Of a stretch of DNA of 63,272 nucleotides, positions 12,180 to 25,790 are shown in pieces (position 1 is the first letter of the stretch; the number at the start of each line of letters is the position of its first letter). This DNA is from Octopus sinensis (lineage: Eukaryota): NCBI RefSeq assembly GCF_006345805.1, contig NW_021831874.1:1-63272 (forward strand), read 5' to 3'. The notes below the pieces were generated by a model that saw only the letters and a program-made list of their open reading frames with translations, ran no database searches and was not told where the DNA came from. Both the position numbers and the translations under genes were made by a program.

Positions 12180-13082
12180 GCGCTTCAGTTATATAAGCAC
12201 CGTACTGAAAATTGGCTGCTGCAGCAAAAGTAGGCCGAATATCGATGTATCGAGTGCTGAAGGAGGATCCCAGGACCCACCCCTATAAAATGATCCACCG
12301 TCATGAGCTCACATGTTTATAAGGCCGTAAAACTGGAGAGAAATCGTCTTATCCTGCATCAGATTGCTGAAGGCACGCTGCTCAATCTAGTGTTCACTGT
12401 TTAAATATATTTGACATCGAACAGGCAGTAAACCAACAGAATGAATGATTAACTTTGGAGTGTATCTGGCTCCGTCGAGAGTAGACTCGTAAATCGCCGT
12501 TAAAATCCACAGTTAGCTGTGGCTTGAACGGATGGAAGGTTTCCCCTCATTTTTGTGCCCTCTGGTGTTAAAATTAGCACCCAGCAATACATTACTGACA
12601 TTCTGCAACCTCAACTTCTTCCATGGGCGGATTAACACGTTCAAGGCGCACCTTGGAGCGCTATCACAAAGCCCCAAACAGACACAACGCTGGAAACAGA
12701 AAAAAACATTCCGACATTGGTAGGCAAGGATGTATGGCCCGCAAGATTCCCCAATCTCAATCCGTTGAATTTTTTTGTTTGGTCCATTTTGGAGACGAAT
12801 GTTTCTAGCACTTCTCATGCTTCGCTCGACGCCCTAAAGGCAAAACGGCACCAGGAATGTGGATCCGATTCCGCAAGAACAGCTAAGTGCTGCGTGTGAA
12901 GCATTCACACCCAGACGTAAGGGTGTGATTCGAAACAGAGCTGGTCATATCGAATAAATCTGGTATTGCTATAACTGTGTTTCCTTTACCATTACATCGC
13001 AATTCTCGGTCCCGAATTATAACAATATATTGCTGTGGCAAAATTAAAAAAACGCTGGTTGGTTTGATTTTGGGACACCCTG
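12180..13082 (+). mobile_element. Tc1/mariner (maT/DD37D-like) transposon remnant with right TIR
   Basis: Translates ..HPYKM.., FVPSGVKIS..YITDIL, VWPARFPNLNPLNFFVWSILE, GHIE*. Ends ttttgggacaccctg^TA (13082). Left TIR not found. Confidence 0.75.
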
Positions 13083-13399
13083 TATGTGTGCATATATCAT
13101 GTATAATTTCAACAAGCGCAGAATGCGGCTAAATGCGTAACCACTGATTACATAAACAACTGAGATGTATGTATCACTAAAAGTATTCGTGATATCAATA
13201 ATTGTTTTCTGTAATTCACACACACACACACACATATATATATGAAGAAGAAACAAAGAAAACAGAGGGGTGGAGTCTGGCAATTTAGTGAGGGATTATT
13301 CTGAATGACTATTTTAGGCAGGTGAGTTTTAAATTTCAATAAGAACTAAGCGTCTTGTGATTCATAGCGAATGTATCCTTCTGATGTGTTAACATAATG

Positions 13400-16300
13400 G
13401 TTTGTATTTTCCAATAAATGTATTTTCATTATACACATGTGTTAAAAAACAGAACTTCGATTAGAACACCATATCAAACATATAAGTCTTTTTGTAAAGA
13501 TATTCTACGACAAAATATTATAGACTCAGTCTACGTTTGTATAAACATTCCAATTGCTATTCACACCGGTATTTTAATCTAATGCTGTTTGAAATGCATA
13601 TAGTAATTCAAAGTTATTTAGGAGTTTGTTTGCTGCATGTAGGTTCAAATTTTCACATAAGTATTAGTTTCGTAATCGGAATATTCTTGCTATTTCTCAG
13701 CGTTAGTCTTATTTCTTAATTCAAGCCTTTATGATTCGCCTTGAAATAGGTTAATTTGGATTCCCCCTTTGGGAGAGTCGTTCTTTTTGACAGTTAGACT
13801 TGGAATTTCGGTAATTCTGTAACCCTAACCCTAATTGAGCTGGCGAACAATTATTTTTTGTGATACTGGCTCACTTTTGGTTTTGATAATTTTGTATTTC
13901 TGGTGCTTTTTACACTCTAAGCTCTTGTCTAAAAGAGAGAATATTCTACTTAATGATGATAAATGTTTCTACCTTTCTTGTGTTGCACATTTATCTTATA
14001 GGGTAGAATATTAAGAATATCTAGAGTGCCCTATGTTTTTCTATTGCACTGACACTTTCTATTCCGCTGTTCATTAAAAGATTTGGCAACAGATTCCACG
14101 TATTGTTTTCTTTAATCCAGAGAGCCATACATCCCGAGTTCGAAAATACAAACCACTGGCGCAAACTTATCTAACCAGAATAAATTTTATGTTTTTTTTA
14201 TATATGTTTCATATCGCACAATGTAAATAACGGGTATTGCAATGAATCTGTTGGTTTGAAGTGGGTATTGGTCATGTTTGTGCCTCTTTAATTATTAACG
14301 TATATAGAAAGTGTAGTTGTTTTTTTTTTGTATTCCATTGTGAAACGAATATTATTATTCATGCTATTCATCTCGGTTCTGAATTGCTTGAGTTGACCGA
14401 GATTGTGCTGCAGTAGCAGAAGCACAAAACGATAATTCATGCACCGTTTCCAGTAGGCTAATAAATATTCGCAGAAATAAATACCAAACGTTAATCAAAA
14501 TTTTTCCCCAAATTTTGGTCTTCTAGTTATGCTATGACTAGATTTGCGTAAGTTGGGAAAACCGGTCCAGTAAATTTGTAATTAACGCAATCGAAGTCCA
14601 AATAAGCATTTAACAAGATTAATTTTATTAAGAAATATTATTTCAATGCATTTAGGAATTATATTAAAAAAAATGTTCAAGCTAGAATTCTATTGCTTCT
14701 ATTCTATGTACATATAAAATCATCGGATGATGAAATAAAAGTGCTTACTTTATTTTATTTTTGGAGGTTTTCCTGAAGTATATCCCCTCCTACGAAACTT
14801 GATATGTTTTGAATAGGTTTCAATAAAAATAAGTGGACAAATTTACAGTATTTCTATATTTCTTAGGTTAGGCACGCTAAAATGGTTCTTATTTTAAGCC
14901 TACTACAGTGTGGTATGTATGCTGAATTTGATATTTTACAGGTATCATTTATAGCTTTGTGGATCTTGGGCAATCCTTACTAGTTCGGCAAGCAAAGTTC
15001 ATTAAAGCGTTGCATTTCCAATCTGTAATACATACTCAAATTAAGGAGATTACAACGATGAGTTTCTTCATTGTATTGACTGCTGCAAACTACTTACCTT
15101 GTAGAAGGAACAATGTGGTCTTTTAAATTTTCACAATAACTACTATATTTCTCTTACCTGTTTTTTAAATAAAATATTTTTTCTTGAAATTTCATGGCTA
15201 ATTTCTCTTTATTCTCTTCAACTGGTGATTGATTTGAATTTTGGATGAAGTAGTACATAAATGGAAAGGTGATTAAGGAATATAAAATGTCTATTGTTTT
15301 ATTCGGTCTTTTGTTGAATTATACCTACTTTTATTACTTCCGACATATTTTTCATTGTTTTCTCAGTCAAATATTTATTTCCAGTGTAATTTCTTTCACA
15401 GAAGTTCGAAAATTTGTCCTGTATCTCATTCAAATGATGGTTTAGTAACGTTGGAGAGAATTTTGGCCTTCTCGAGAAGAATGAAGGTTTAAAGATTTAT
15501 ATTCGAGTTATTGATTATCTTCGTTATCCCACGAATGCTGTGTACTAACGAGTGTCACAACATCTGTTGACTAGGTCTAAAAATTAATAATTTACGTTCA
15601 TTATTATATTGGTATTTTTGTGACTGACATTTTCTCTTTTTATCTGGTTTTCTATAGAAATTATGTTGGCTCTCCGCTCAAGATAGTCACCGGCTCTGTC
15701 TGAGGAGAGTTTCGTGTTAATTTCTTTTCTCTTATAAGTCGCTTCAACTTTTCGATTCATGGAAATATCCCATCTCGATGAAAAGGGGCTTTAGCTTCTT
15801 CTAGTGTGTTTGACGAGATTTTCCCGAAGGAATGTTATTACTTCCATATCTCTGTTGATTATAAGCTTAACATTTCGGTACTTGTTCTGTCGTTTGTGTG
15901 CACTTGAATGGGTTACCTATATAAATTCCTTCTGAATTCAGTCTCATAATGACTGAAAGAAGAAACTAGAAGCTATATTGTTTTGTTTTTTTTATTTTTT
16001 CACATGTCTAATGAAAGATTAATGGCGTTTTCATATATTGGTCTATAGATGTTTAGAAAAATTTCCACCACCCATCAATTGATTAAAACTTTTGTTTATT
16101 GGAATTAGCTTTAATCGTAATTGATCAATTTTCATTTAAAATCTATCAGGATCCATAACTTCTCTAAGTTTCCTATTGTGTCCAAGTTAATTAAAAATAA
16201 GTTCAATCTATAATTTGTTAGGAAGAACGGTCGAGAATGGAATAACTACTTTTATAGATTTCGGCTCCACTTATATTTTTCAAGACATTTGGGAAAAGGA

Positions 16301-16540
16301 ATTTATTGATCGAGGTGTTTTTCACTAAAAAATGACTAAAGATATATGTAATAAAATATGTTTGTCGCGGTGAATTAATATCGCTGCTATGTTATTTCGG
16401 TTCTTAGGTTTGTTCTGGATTCCGTAGCAGTGCCGACTTCTTTGCTACGCATAATTTCAAAGTTTACATGCAGTGGATGTAAAATGTTCTAGCTATTCTG
16501 ATATCCAAAGCTGCAAACGAACATTTTCTTAAGAAGCAAT
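13400..16540 (-). pseudogene. Heavily decayed L1/Tx1-like LINE ORF2
   Basis: Scattered minus-strand motifs in the expected order: SDINSP (GDFN-like, ~16380), NISSFVGGDILQEN, LILLNAYLDFDCVNYKF (14572-14622; LD.EKAFDRV-like), KFGEKF, ASGL. No long ORF. Confidence 0.45.
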
Positions 16541-17404
16541 TTTTCGGCTCGAAATATTAAAGATTAATGCAGAATGTATGTGCGTATACACAAAAGCACA
16601 CACACACACACACACACATATATATAATACAAACTTACTCGAAAATGGATGCGTTGCATTCAATCATATAATAATATGCATAATGTATATATATGCATAT
16701 AAGCATACATATATTTACATACATATATATGTATGTACATATGCATATATGAGTACAAGATGTCATGTAACTTAAACAACATGAAATCCGAAATACGAAA
16801 ACATAGAATACGAACTATTTTAGCGAAAAAAAGAAAAACAAATGTAAAACAAGACAACATAAAGAACGACTCTTCATCAGTTGTCGGCTGTTTTATCTAC
16901 TCCACATTTCGAGCAATTACGACAAGATGTGTCTTCGAGAAACAGCTGCTCCCGCAAAGCAAAATAAAAGTTTGGATTTGCTGTGGGTCAAAGTTGGTAA
17001 CAAAAATAGGACAGGGAAAACAAACAGTAAAGGCTGCTAAGCCATAACGAGGCGAGGTGGCGAATGCTGGAGGTACAAGATTTGACGGGAAAAAATATAG
17101 AAGAGGAGACAGGTAAGAATGCGTGTGATCTGTGTGGCAGATCAAAAGGAAAGAAAGAAGTTCAGGTTAGGAAAAGAAAGATGGCTGATGGTCATATGTG
17201 AACAACGAGAGGGTAAAGGAGGAAGAGTGGGAAAGAGAGAGGGACAGGTAGAGAAAGGTGAAGGGGAGAGGAAAATAATTATAGAAAGGAAGAGAGAGAA
17301 AACGAAGGGGGAGAGAGAACAGTACACATATGTATGCATATATGCTTGTATATATATATATATATTATATATATATATATATATTATTTATATTATTTAT
17401 ATTA

Positions 17405-18220
17405 TTACATGAACGCCACGCATTCATTCCTATGTAAGTTTATCTTAATAATTTTGATGCAACTCTGTACTGTTAACAGTCCTCTGATGTTTAGTGAGAG
17501 CACCAATGTGATATCTGTATTGTTGATATGTGATTTCCACCTTGGATCCATTTGGTACGGTGTTATTGGGGATAGTCCCATCTGTGAGATTGATGTGCCC
17601 ACGTCAGTTGCTGTACAATCTTTTGTTCTGGTTTGTAGCGCGTACTACAGCCATTTTGGGGATGGCGGTACGTGATCCTTTCCTTTTGGCAAGTGGTTTC
17701 CACCCTGATTAATGTTGGTTTTGTAGGGTCTTTGGTGTGCAAAATGGCAGCTTGCACTTCCCTCTCCATGCCAGCAGACACCTTTCAATTTGAATTTACA
17801 TATTTTGTTATGTGAGCAGTCAGACTTGCTTCTTTCTTCGGCTGTTTCATCTTTTGTCTTTGATCCTTTTGGTTGTTTCTTCTTCTTGGTTCTGTCACCC
17901 CCTCGGTTTTTCACTTTGATGGCGGTAGAGGCACTTGCACTTGGGTCTTCTGCCCTGGAAAGTGTCTCGTTTATACATCTTTCACCTACATCCATGCCTC
18001 CATCCTTGTCATCTTTGCTCTGTTCATTATCAAAGCATAGGAACGAATAGAATCCTGCTTCTTTCGATCTATCTCTGCTAAAGTTCTTGAGTAGCCGTTG
18101 TTCTTCAGCATAGGTCTGAGGATATTGTTTGGGTTATCTCTTTCAGCCCAATACCAGGCTCTTAAAAACAATGTCAGTTCCGTACTCCTCCAGTTTCTGG
18201 AATTCTTTGTGGATGTTTTA
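17405..18220 (-). mobile_element. CR1-group LINE 5' fragment: ORF1 with CCCH-type zinc fingers and start of APE
   Basis: ICKFKLKGVCWHGEGSASCHFAH (ORF 17645-17995), followed by LVLSLNIRGLL (APE motif 1). Confidence 0.6.
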
Positions 18221-18257
18221 ACGATGTGATAATGGGTAGTGAAGAAATGGAAAAAGA

Positions 18258-18300
<43 letters not shown>

Positions 18301-18739
18301 TATGTGTGTATATATTTAGGAAGGTTGAGAGGTTGAGAGAAGAAAGAAGAAGAGGTTGAGATGAAGAGAAGTGAAGCGACAACGAAAGAGGCATGATGGA
18401 GAGAAGTGAAAAAAGAGAGAAGAGAGAAAGAGTGTGTCTATTACTGCTGTTAATATTATCCATTAAAATTATTCGCCACAGATGATTTTAACAAGAGTAA
18501 CATCTTATTCCGAATGTAAACATTCGAATATCTTGCTTGCTCACACACATACACACACACACACAAACACACACACACACGCATATATATCATATATCAT
18601 ATTTAGGGAGATTGAGGGGTTGAGAGAAGAAAGACTGTGTGTTGGAGAGAAGTGAAAAAATAGAGAGGAGAGAGAAAAAGTGTATACACACATATATATA
18701 CATGTGTGTGTGCGTGTGTGTGTGTGTGTGTATTATATA

Positions 18740-18871
18740 CAAGTAGAGGCACCCGGCGTTGTCCGGGAATGAAGTTGTTCCTTATATATTAGAAGAAAAG
18801 AGCAAAATATGCTTTATAGAAATTTGTTATTCTAAATTGAATTTATTCTTCAAGTGGGAAATCAATTCTGA

Positions 18872-18904
<33 letters not shown>

Positions 18905-19924
18905 CAAGCAAATAAATAAATAAATAAATAAATAAATCAAATCATATCATATGCACATTGTTGTTCTGGAAGAAGTTTAGGTTCATGTTAATTCACAAAT
19001 ACAACCAAGTCTGTGATGTCATAATTTATCTTTCTTGCTATGTGGCTAATTTGACAGTTTGTTTTTGGCCGTCCAGAGCCAGACTCTACCATGGCTAAAA
19101 TTTGATCCTCAAAATTGTTTCAGAGAACTGAATGTTGATATCTGGGTTTGCCTGTTGAACTACATATTCTAAGTATTCAGCCATATTCTCATGATGTTTC
19201 ATCTAAAGTTGTAGGAGACCGCCAAGTTGACAGAAGTTCAGTATAATTGCAAGAAAGATTACGGAGAATCTTTGTAGGCTTCAGTCAATGCATTGTCCCA
19301 ATGTTCATCATTTTCTAAAAAAGTAAAAAAAACACCTTCTTGAAAGCATGCTTCCCTATAAGTTTCATACACATAACCATCTACCCTCATCGAATCTTGG
19401 AATGATAAGGGACTACGTACTTAACGCAAAATAAGGCGTAGGTAGTACCATTCTGCATGGCTTAGGGGACACTGTAAACTGTTGCAAGACCATCAGTCCC
19501 ACATTTCCTCTGGTACCATTTATTGTTTCTCCAGGTGTAACACTTGGGCAATTGCGGGCAAAGGAGTTTTCTTGCATTTTCATCTACTTCACACAATTTA
19601 AAAAAGGCAGTGATGTTGGTCATTCTATAGATGTTCACTCAGACGAATGATGGCTGGGTGTCTCTCATGAATGGGAAAATTGAAGATGCGCCAAAAACCC
19701 ACATTGTTACTGTCATACTGTGCATCTCAATTTTTATTTATCAGTTGACTGCCATTCTGCATTAGAGTGTATTTTACAGTATCTGAACCTTTGTTTATAT
19801 ATCTGCAAACACACTTGATAGAGTTAATAGAGTTGCAGAAGCCAACATTGACTCTGGCTAACTGTACTCGTCTTTGCTTCATTGTAGAATACTGATCATC
19901 TACATCTACCCCGACTCCTCTTGT

Positions 19925-19994
<70 letters not shown>

Positions 19995-20164
19995 TTTGTT
20001 TTCAGAAACTTGTTCGAAAATTAAAATGAGGATTAAATGAAAAAATGAGTTACGTGAATATCTTCACAAGAGTAATTGAAATAAATGGCGATCGTGGAAT
20101 GCCCCACGAACGCACACACATATATACAGTATCATACATCAGATGAAATGGACGTGTGTGTGTT

Positions 20165-20200
<36 letters not shown>

Positions 20201-20496
20201 TGAAGGAGTGTGTTGTCATGTATACGTACATACATAAATATGCATACATCTTTTGTGTGTGTATGGAAGAGAGTGAGAGAGAGAGAGTGAATGCCACTTA
20301 GACATCACACTCTCTCTCTGTCTCTCGCTCACACACATGCACACATACATACAGAAAAGATGTATGCATATGTATTTATGTATGTACGTATACATCACAA
20401 CACACTCCTTGACTCACTAACTCTCTCTCACACACAAACACACAAACGTACTTACAAAATACACGCGTGTACGTGTGTGACTGACTTGTGTGTGTG

Positions 20497-20528
<32 letters not shown>

Positions 20529-20930
20529 GAGAGTGGGTGAGAGAGAATATTGCGAAAAATGAATGAAATTAGCATGAAATGAAAAAGTAGAAATAAAAGC
20601 TCTTGTACGGAATGTTTAAATTTTTGAATTTAGTAAATATTTCTTTCAATAATTTATCGTAGTTGTTTTCAAATAGTGAATTTAAATTTGGAATGAAAAT
20701 GTCAAAATAGAGTGTGAAGGTTTTTGCCGTTGCTACGTCAATACTGGAAGTTGGTATTGGGAAACCTTTTTAAAGAAGTGAATCATAAATATAAAGCAAT
20801 ATTATTTATTTTTAATAAAAAAAAATCAAATGAAAAGCCAACTTTTGTCCGAGGTCAAATTAATCATAAGTATGGAAGCAATTGGTGAAGCCGTTTTCGC
20901 GTGAAAGCGAAACACGGATATCTCTATTAT
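18740..20930 (-). mobile_element. Internally deleted Helitron with both termini and RepHel remnant
   Basis: 3' hairpin cccgg-acaacg-ccggg plus CTTG^T at 18740-18767. The minus strand of 18955-19870 translates INVGFCNSINSIKCVCRYINKGSD, WRIFNFPIHERHP, ITAFFKLC, YYLRLIL, LENDEHWDNAL. The 5' end-like motif tttcacgcgaaaacggct is at ~20900. Confidence 0.85.
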
Positions 20931-20935
20931 ATATA

Positions 20936-20975
<40 letters not shown>

Positions 20976-21161
20976 AATAAATAAATAAGGAAATGAAGAA
21001 AATGCTGACAAAATAATTTAAGTAATTTAAGTAATTTAATTAGGTGAAAGTTCTTTTTACCGGTTGCGCATTTGTTATGCTTATCAAAAGATATTTTTTA
21101 AGAGAGATAGAGTTCCTTTCTGATAGATTTTTTCCTCTTATCTGTGTGTATATATATATAT

Positions 21162-21198
<37 letters not shown>

Positions 21199-21356
21199 AC
21201 TATATCTACGGAGATTGAGGGGCTGAGAGAAGAAAGACGGTGTGATAGAGAGAAGTAACGAAAATAAGAAAGAGTGTGTGTGTGTATGTGTGTTAGAGAG
21301 AAGAAATAGAAAGAGAGAAACAGGAAAAAGACGGTTTGAGAGAGAGAGAGAGGGAA

Positions 21357-21387
<31 letters not shown>

Positions 21388-22091
21388 GCTATGGCCGTCT
21401 GGTTTGCAAACGCTTGAAAAGAATCGACTCGGATAGGGAATGTAAATAAACAAATAAATAAATTAATTAATATATATATATATATAGCTATTTGCTATAA
21501 GGGACATGAAATATTTGTCACTTGGTAGCAGGGTGTGCTAGAAATAGCAGCCAAATCTTTCCTTCTCTGGGGAAAGGATCAGTTTATGTGTGATTTCGAT
21601 GTTGCATTCTTTGAAAGCATGCGAAATAACCTGGGAAAGAAAAAAAAACCGCGAAACAAAATTCTGATTTTCCCGGGAAACTCTGAGGTGAAAACCACCC
21701 TGCCCCTTTTCTTTTTCGGAAGAAAGTAGCATACGGCGGGGTTCGAGATGAGATACGGATAATGCACACGAAAATACCTGTACAAACCGGTTCTTTACGA
21801 AATATTTACTCAAGATTGGGACAGACATGCGAATAGAAGCATCGACGAGACTTACAAAGCAAGGGCTGAGCGACTGGCGAAACAGAGGGAAATAGATAAA
21901 AGCAGGAGGCATAATGAATCGGATGCTTTTATGAAAACGGAATAAAAGAAGTTTCGCGTAAATCGGACTACGAGCTACGGAGATACGCGTTTTTTTCGGG
22001 TACCTTGAACTATTGGTGACTAATCCTTAAAAATGTTTTAGCCCGAAGGCCGCGGCCATGCTGGGGCACCACCGCTGGTAGTTTATTCTAG

Positions 22092-22127
<36 letters not shown>

Positions 22128-22131
<4 letters not shown>

Positions 22132-22448
22132 CGCACTCCGTCGGTTATGACAACGAGGGTCCCAGGTGATACAATCATCGGAACAGACTGCTCGTGAAAT
22201 TATCGTGCAAGTGACTGAGCAATCCACAGACACGCGTACCCCTAACGCAGTTCTCAAGGAGATTCAGCGTGACACAGAGTGTGACATGGTCGGCCCTTTG
22301 AAATACAGGTACAACTCATTTTTGCCAGCTGAGTGGACTGGAGCAACGTGAAATAAAGTGTCTTGACACAACACGTCGCCGGGAATCGAACTCGCGACTT
22401 TACAATCGTGAGCCGAATTCCCCTAACTACTAAGCCACGCGGCTTCAC
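22128..22448 (-). mobile_element. SINE family C (tail C2)
   Basis: tRNA-like head plus caagacactttatttcacgttgctccagtccactcagctggcaaaaatgagt; tail shared with 51351-51684. Confidence 0.8.
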
Positions 22449-22461
22449 ATATGTGTGTATG

Positions 22462-22518
<57 letters not shown>

Positions 22519-22545
22519 GTTATATATATATATATATTATATATG

Positions 22546-22629
<84 letters not shown>

Positions 22630-22643
22630 CATATATGTATATG

Positions 22644-22691
<48 letters not shown>

Positions 22692-22693
<2 letters not shown>

Positions 22694-22992
22694 AGGCGCA
22701 ATGGTTAGGGCAGCGGACACGCGGTCGTAGGATCGCAGTTTCGATTCCTAGATCGGGCTTTGTGAGTGTTTATTGAGCGAAAACACCTTAAGCTCCACGC
22801 GGCCCCGGCAGGGGTGGTGGCGATCCCTGCTGTACTCTTTCGCCACAAATTTCACTCACTCTTTCTACTGTTGGCCTGCTCGCTTAGCCAGTGGGGTGGC
22901 GTCATTTGAAGGCTAAAACAATGCGAAGCGCATTGTGACCAGCGATGTGTAACAACATCTGATAGCCTGGTCGATCACGGTGATCAAGGTGA
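22692..22992 (+). mobile_element. SINE family A (tail A1)
   Basis: Matches the reverse complement of 373-663. Confidence 0.8.
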
Positions 22993-23042
22993 TATATATA
23001 CATACATACATTCATACATACATACATACATACACACCACAC

Positions 23043-23102
<60 letters not shown>

Positions 23103-23320
23103 CGGGAAGCTTTATGAAAATAAACAGAAGACGAAGGCAGGTGGAATACAAACAACAAATGGTATTAGTATGGCGCTCAGGAATATAAATAAAACAAGTC
23201 TTTTACGTTTCGAGCCTACGCTCTTCAACAGAAAGATACACAGAAAAGAAACACAGAAAAAACAAGGAGAGAAAAAATGCGTGCAGAGGCTAGCGAATCA
23301 ACATGGCGATCTATATGCGT
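23103..23320 (-). mobile_element. Small PLE terminal-repeat (pLTR)-like element
   Basis: Carries an HHR followed by cctgagcgccatact.., the same layout as 41845-42035; embedded in (TA)n. Confidence 0.5.
23199..23236 (-). ncRNA. Minimal type I hammerhead with A6U core (CUGUUGA)
   Basis: UCUUU-CUGUUGA-A-GAGC(guag)GCUC-GAA-ACGU-A-AAAGA. All three stems perfect; palindromic ACGU stem III; extra A after A9. Confidence 0.65.
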
Positions 23321-23351
23321 GTGTGTGTGTGTGTGTATCTAAATGTGTGTA

Positions 23352-23390
<39 letters not shown>

Positions 23391-23729
23391 GGTCTATATA
23401 AGTAAGTACAGTATGTATTTGTATTACTTTTTATATAAGTGCATATTTATACATACGCTACCCCCCACTCACACACACGCGTGAGTGCGAGCGTTTGTCT
23501 GTGTTCATATATGTCTTTTACTTGTTTCAGTCAGTAGACTGCAGCCAAGCTAGTGCACCGTCTTGTACAATAATTCACTGCTTGTTTTGCTGCCTGCCAG
23601 TCTGTCTCTCATATTTATAAATATAACACACACACGCATGTAGAGTACTATATCTGCACACACATACATATACAGGAATATAAGCACAATATACGCACAT
23701 GTAAATATGTGTGCATTTGAGTATACGTA

Positions 23730-23835
<106 letters not shown>

Positions 23836-23919
23836 GCTATCCACCTGTCAGTTTGTCTCCCTCTCTTTCTCCCTAATTTATATATATATATACATCGGTG
23901 CGAATGGTATGTATGTGTG

Positions 23920-23967
<48 letters not shown>

Positions 23968-24194
23968 TGTATATGTATATATGTATGTATATATATATTA
24001 TATATATGTATGTATGTATATATATATGTATGTATGTATGTGGTATGTAGGTATGTATATATATTATATATATTAATCTATGTGTATGTATGTATATATA
24101 TAATGTATGTATGTGTGTATATGTATGTATGTATGTATGTATGTATATATATATAATATGTATATATATATATTATATATATATATATATAATA

Positions 24195-24226
<32 letters not shown>

Positions 24227-24274
24227 TATATATATATATATATATTATATATTATATATTATATATATATATAT

Positions 24275-24600
24275 CATCATCATCATCATCATCATTTAGC
24301 GTCCGCTTTCCATGCTAGCATGGGTTGGACGGTTCAACTAGGGTCTGTGAAGCAGAAGGCTGCATCAGACCCAGTCTGATCTGGCAGTGTTTCTACGGCT
24401 GGATGCCTTTCCTAACGCCAACCACTCTGTGAGTGTAGTGGGTGCTTTTTACGTGCCACCCGCACAGGGACAGACGGAGCTGGCAAACGGCCACGGACGG
24501 ATGGTGCTTTTTACGTGCCACCGGCACGGGGGCCAGGCGAGGCTGGCAACGGTCACGATCGGATGGTGCTTTTTACGTGCACCGGCACGGGGACCAGGTA
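24275..24600 (-). mobile_element. Retroposon 3' end with (ATG)n tail and internal 62-bp tandem repeat (RTE-type tail)
   Basis: Minus strand ends cccatgctagcatggaaagcggacgctaa(atg)n. Units start ggtgctttttacgtg at 24441, 24503 and 24565. Confidence 0.6.
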
Positions 24601-24606
24601 ATATAT

Positions 24607-24652
<46 letters not shown>

Positions 24653-24695
24653 TATATATATATCTGTATGTATGTATGTACATAATATGTATGTA

Positions 24696-24756
<61 letters not shown>

Positions 24757-24989
24757 GTCATTCATAGACAAGATCCAGAGATTCTCAGTATAGAAGACAG
24801 TACTGCTCAAATGATTCAAGCTCAGACTCTGATGTCTTTACTGGGGATCAGTTCCGCAGGGTAAAGAATGGCTATAAGAGGGATCTGTTGTTTGTACTCT
24901 GTGTAAGTTGGGTATATCAATATAATATCTATATAATTATACTTTAGTATTCATCGTCTGTAAGTCTCCACTCATAATTGCCTCTCTCA

Positions 24990-25028
<39 letters not shown>

Positions 25029-25790
25029 GTATATGCGTATGCGTGTACTTACTCCAACCCAACAAACATGGAAAATTGACGTTAAATGATGCTGACAGTG
25101 TTGATGAAATTTAGTCTTTCCATATAATAGTTGATGTAAATGTTGGTTGGCCAGATGATTTCATCAGTCATGCTTCAGTCGCAATGGAGACAGAGAGAGA
25201 GCGAGAGAGAGAGAGAGAGAGGGGGGGAGCGTGGGGTGGGGGGAGAGCAAAAGAAAAATAGTGAGCGTTAATGTAATCGAAGTCGATAAAGAAATACAGA
25301 AACTGACAGGCCTTGGTTAGGGTAGCGTAAAAGAAGATGGAATCTATGTAATGGTTAGATACCAAATACATGACACATGCTCGCACACGCATGCGCACAG
25401 ACAGACACATACATAATCACATACGCATTTAGAGATATCGCTACACATATTTAGAAGGATAAACTTGAGAAACAATTCTTAGTAGAGGTAAAGATTAAGT
25501 AGAATTACATAGCCACATGTGTGCATTTGTGGCCGGTCAAAAAGTTGGTATTGGTTTCAGGTTTATTATTGGTTTTTGCAATATAGCTAGCTAAACAAAC
25601 CTGCTGGCCAGGGACCTATAATCTCTTTACTTATGGAAGGAAGAATGGCCAGCAAAGTGGCGACCCCCCCCCCCAAAAAAAATCGAAATTCATTGAAGTG
25701 AAAAACCCGTAGCGAAAGTTTAATTCTAAGTTTACCCGTCATAACAAGGGTAACAGTCTAGTACATTTATACATATGCATATATATGTAT

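Noticed and set aside
13819-13834. (TAACCC)-like telomeric motif
   Set aside because: Only about two units, inside the L1-like fossil.
16860-16960. CUGAUGA and GAAA motifs in a repeat fragment
   Set aside because: Wrong order and no supporting helices.
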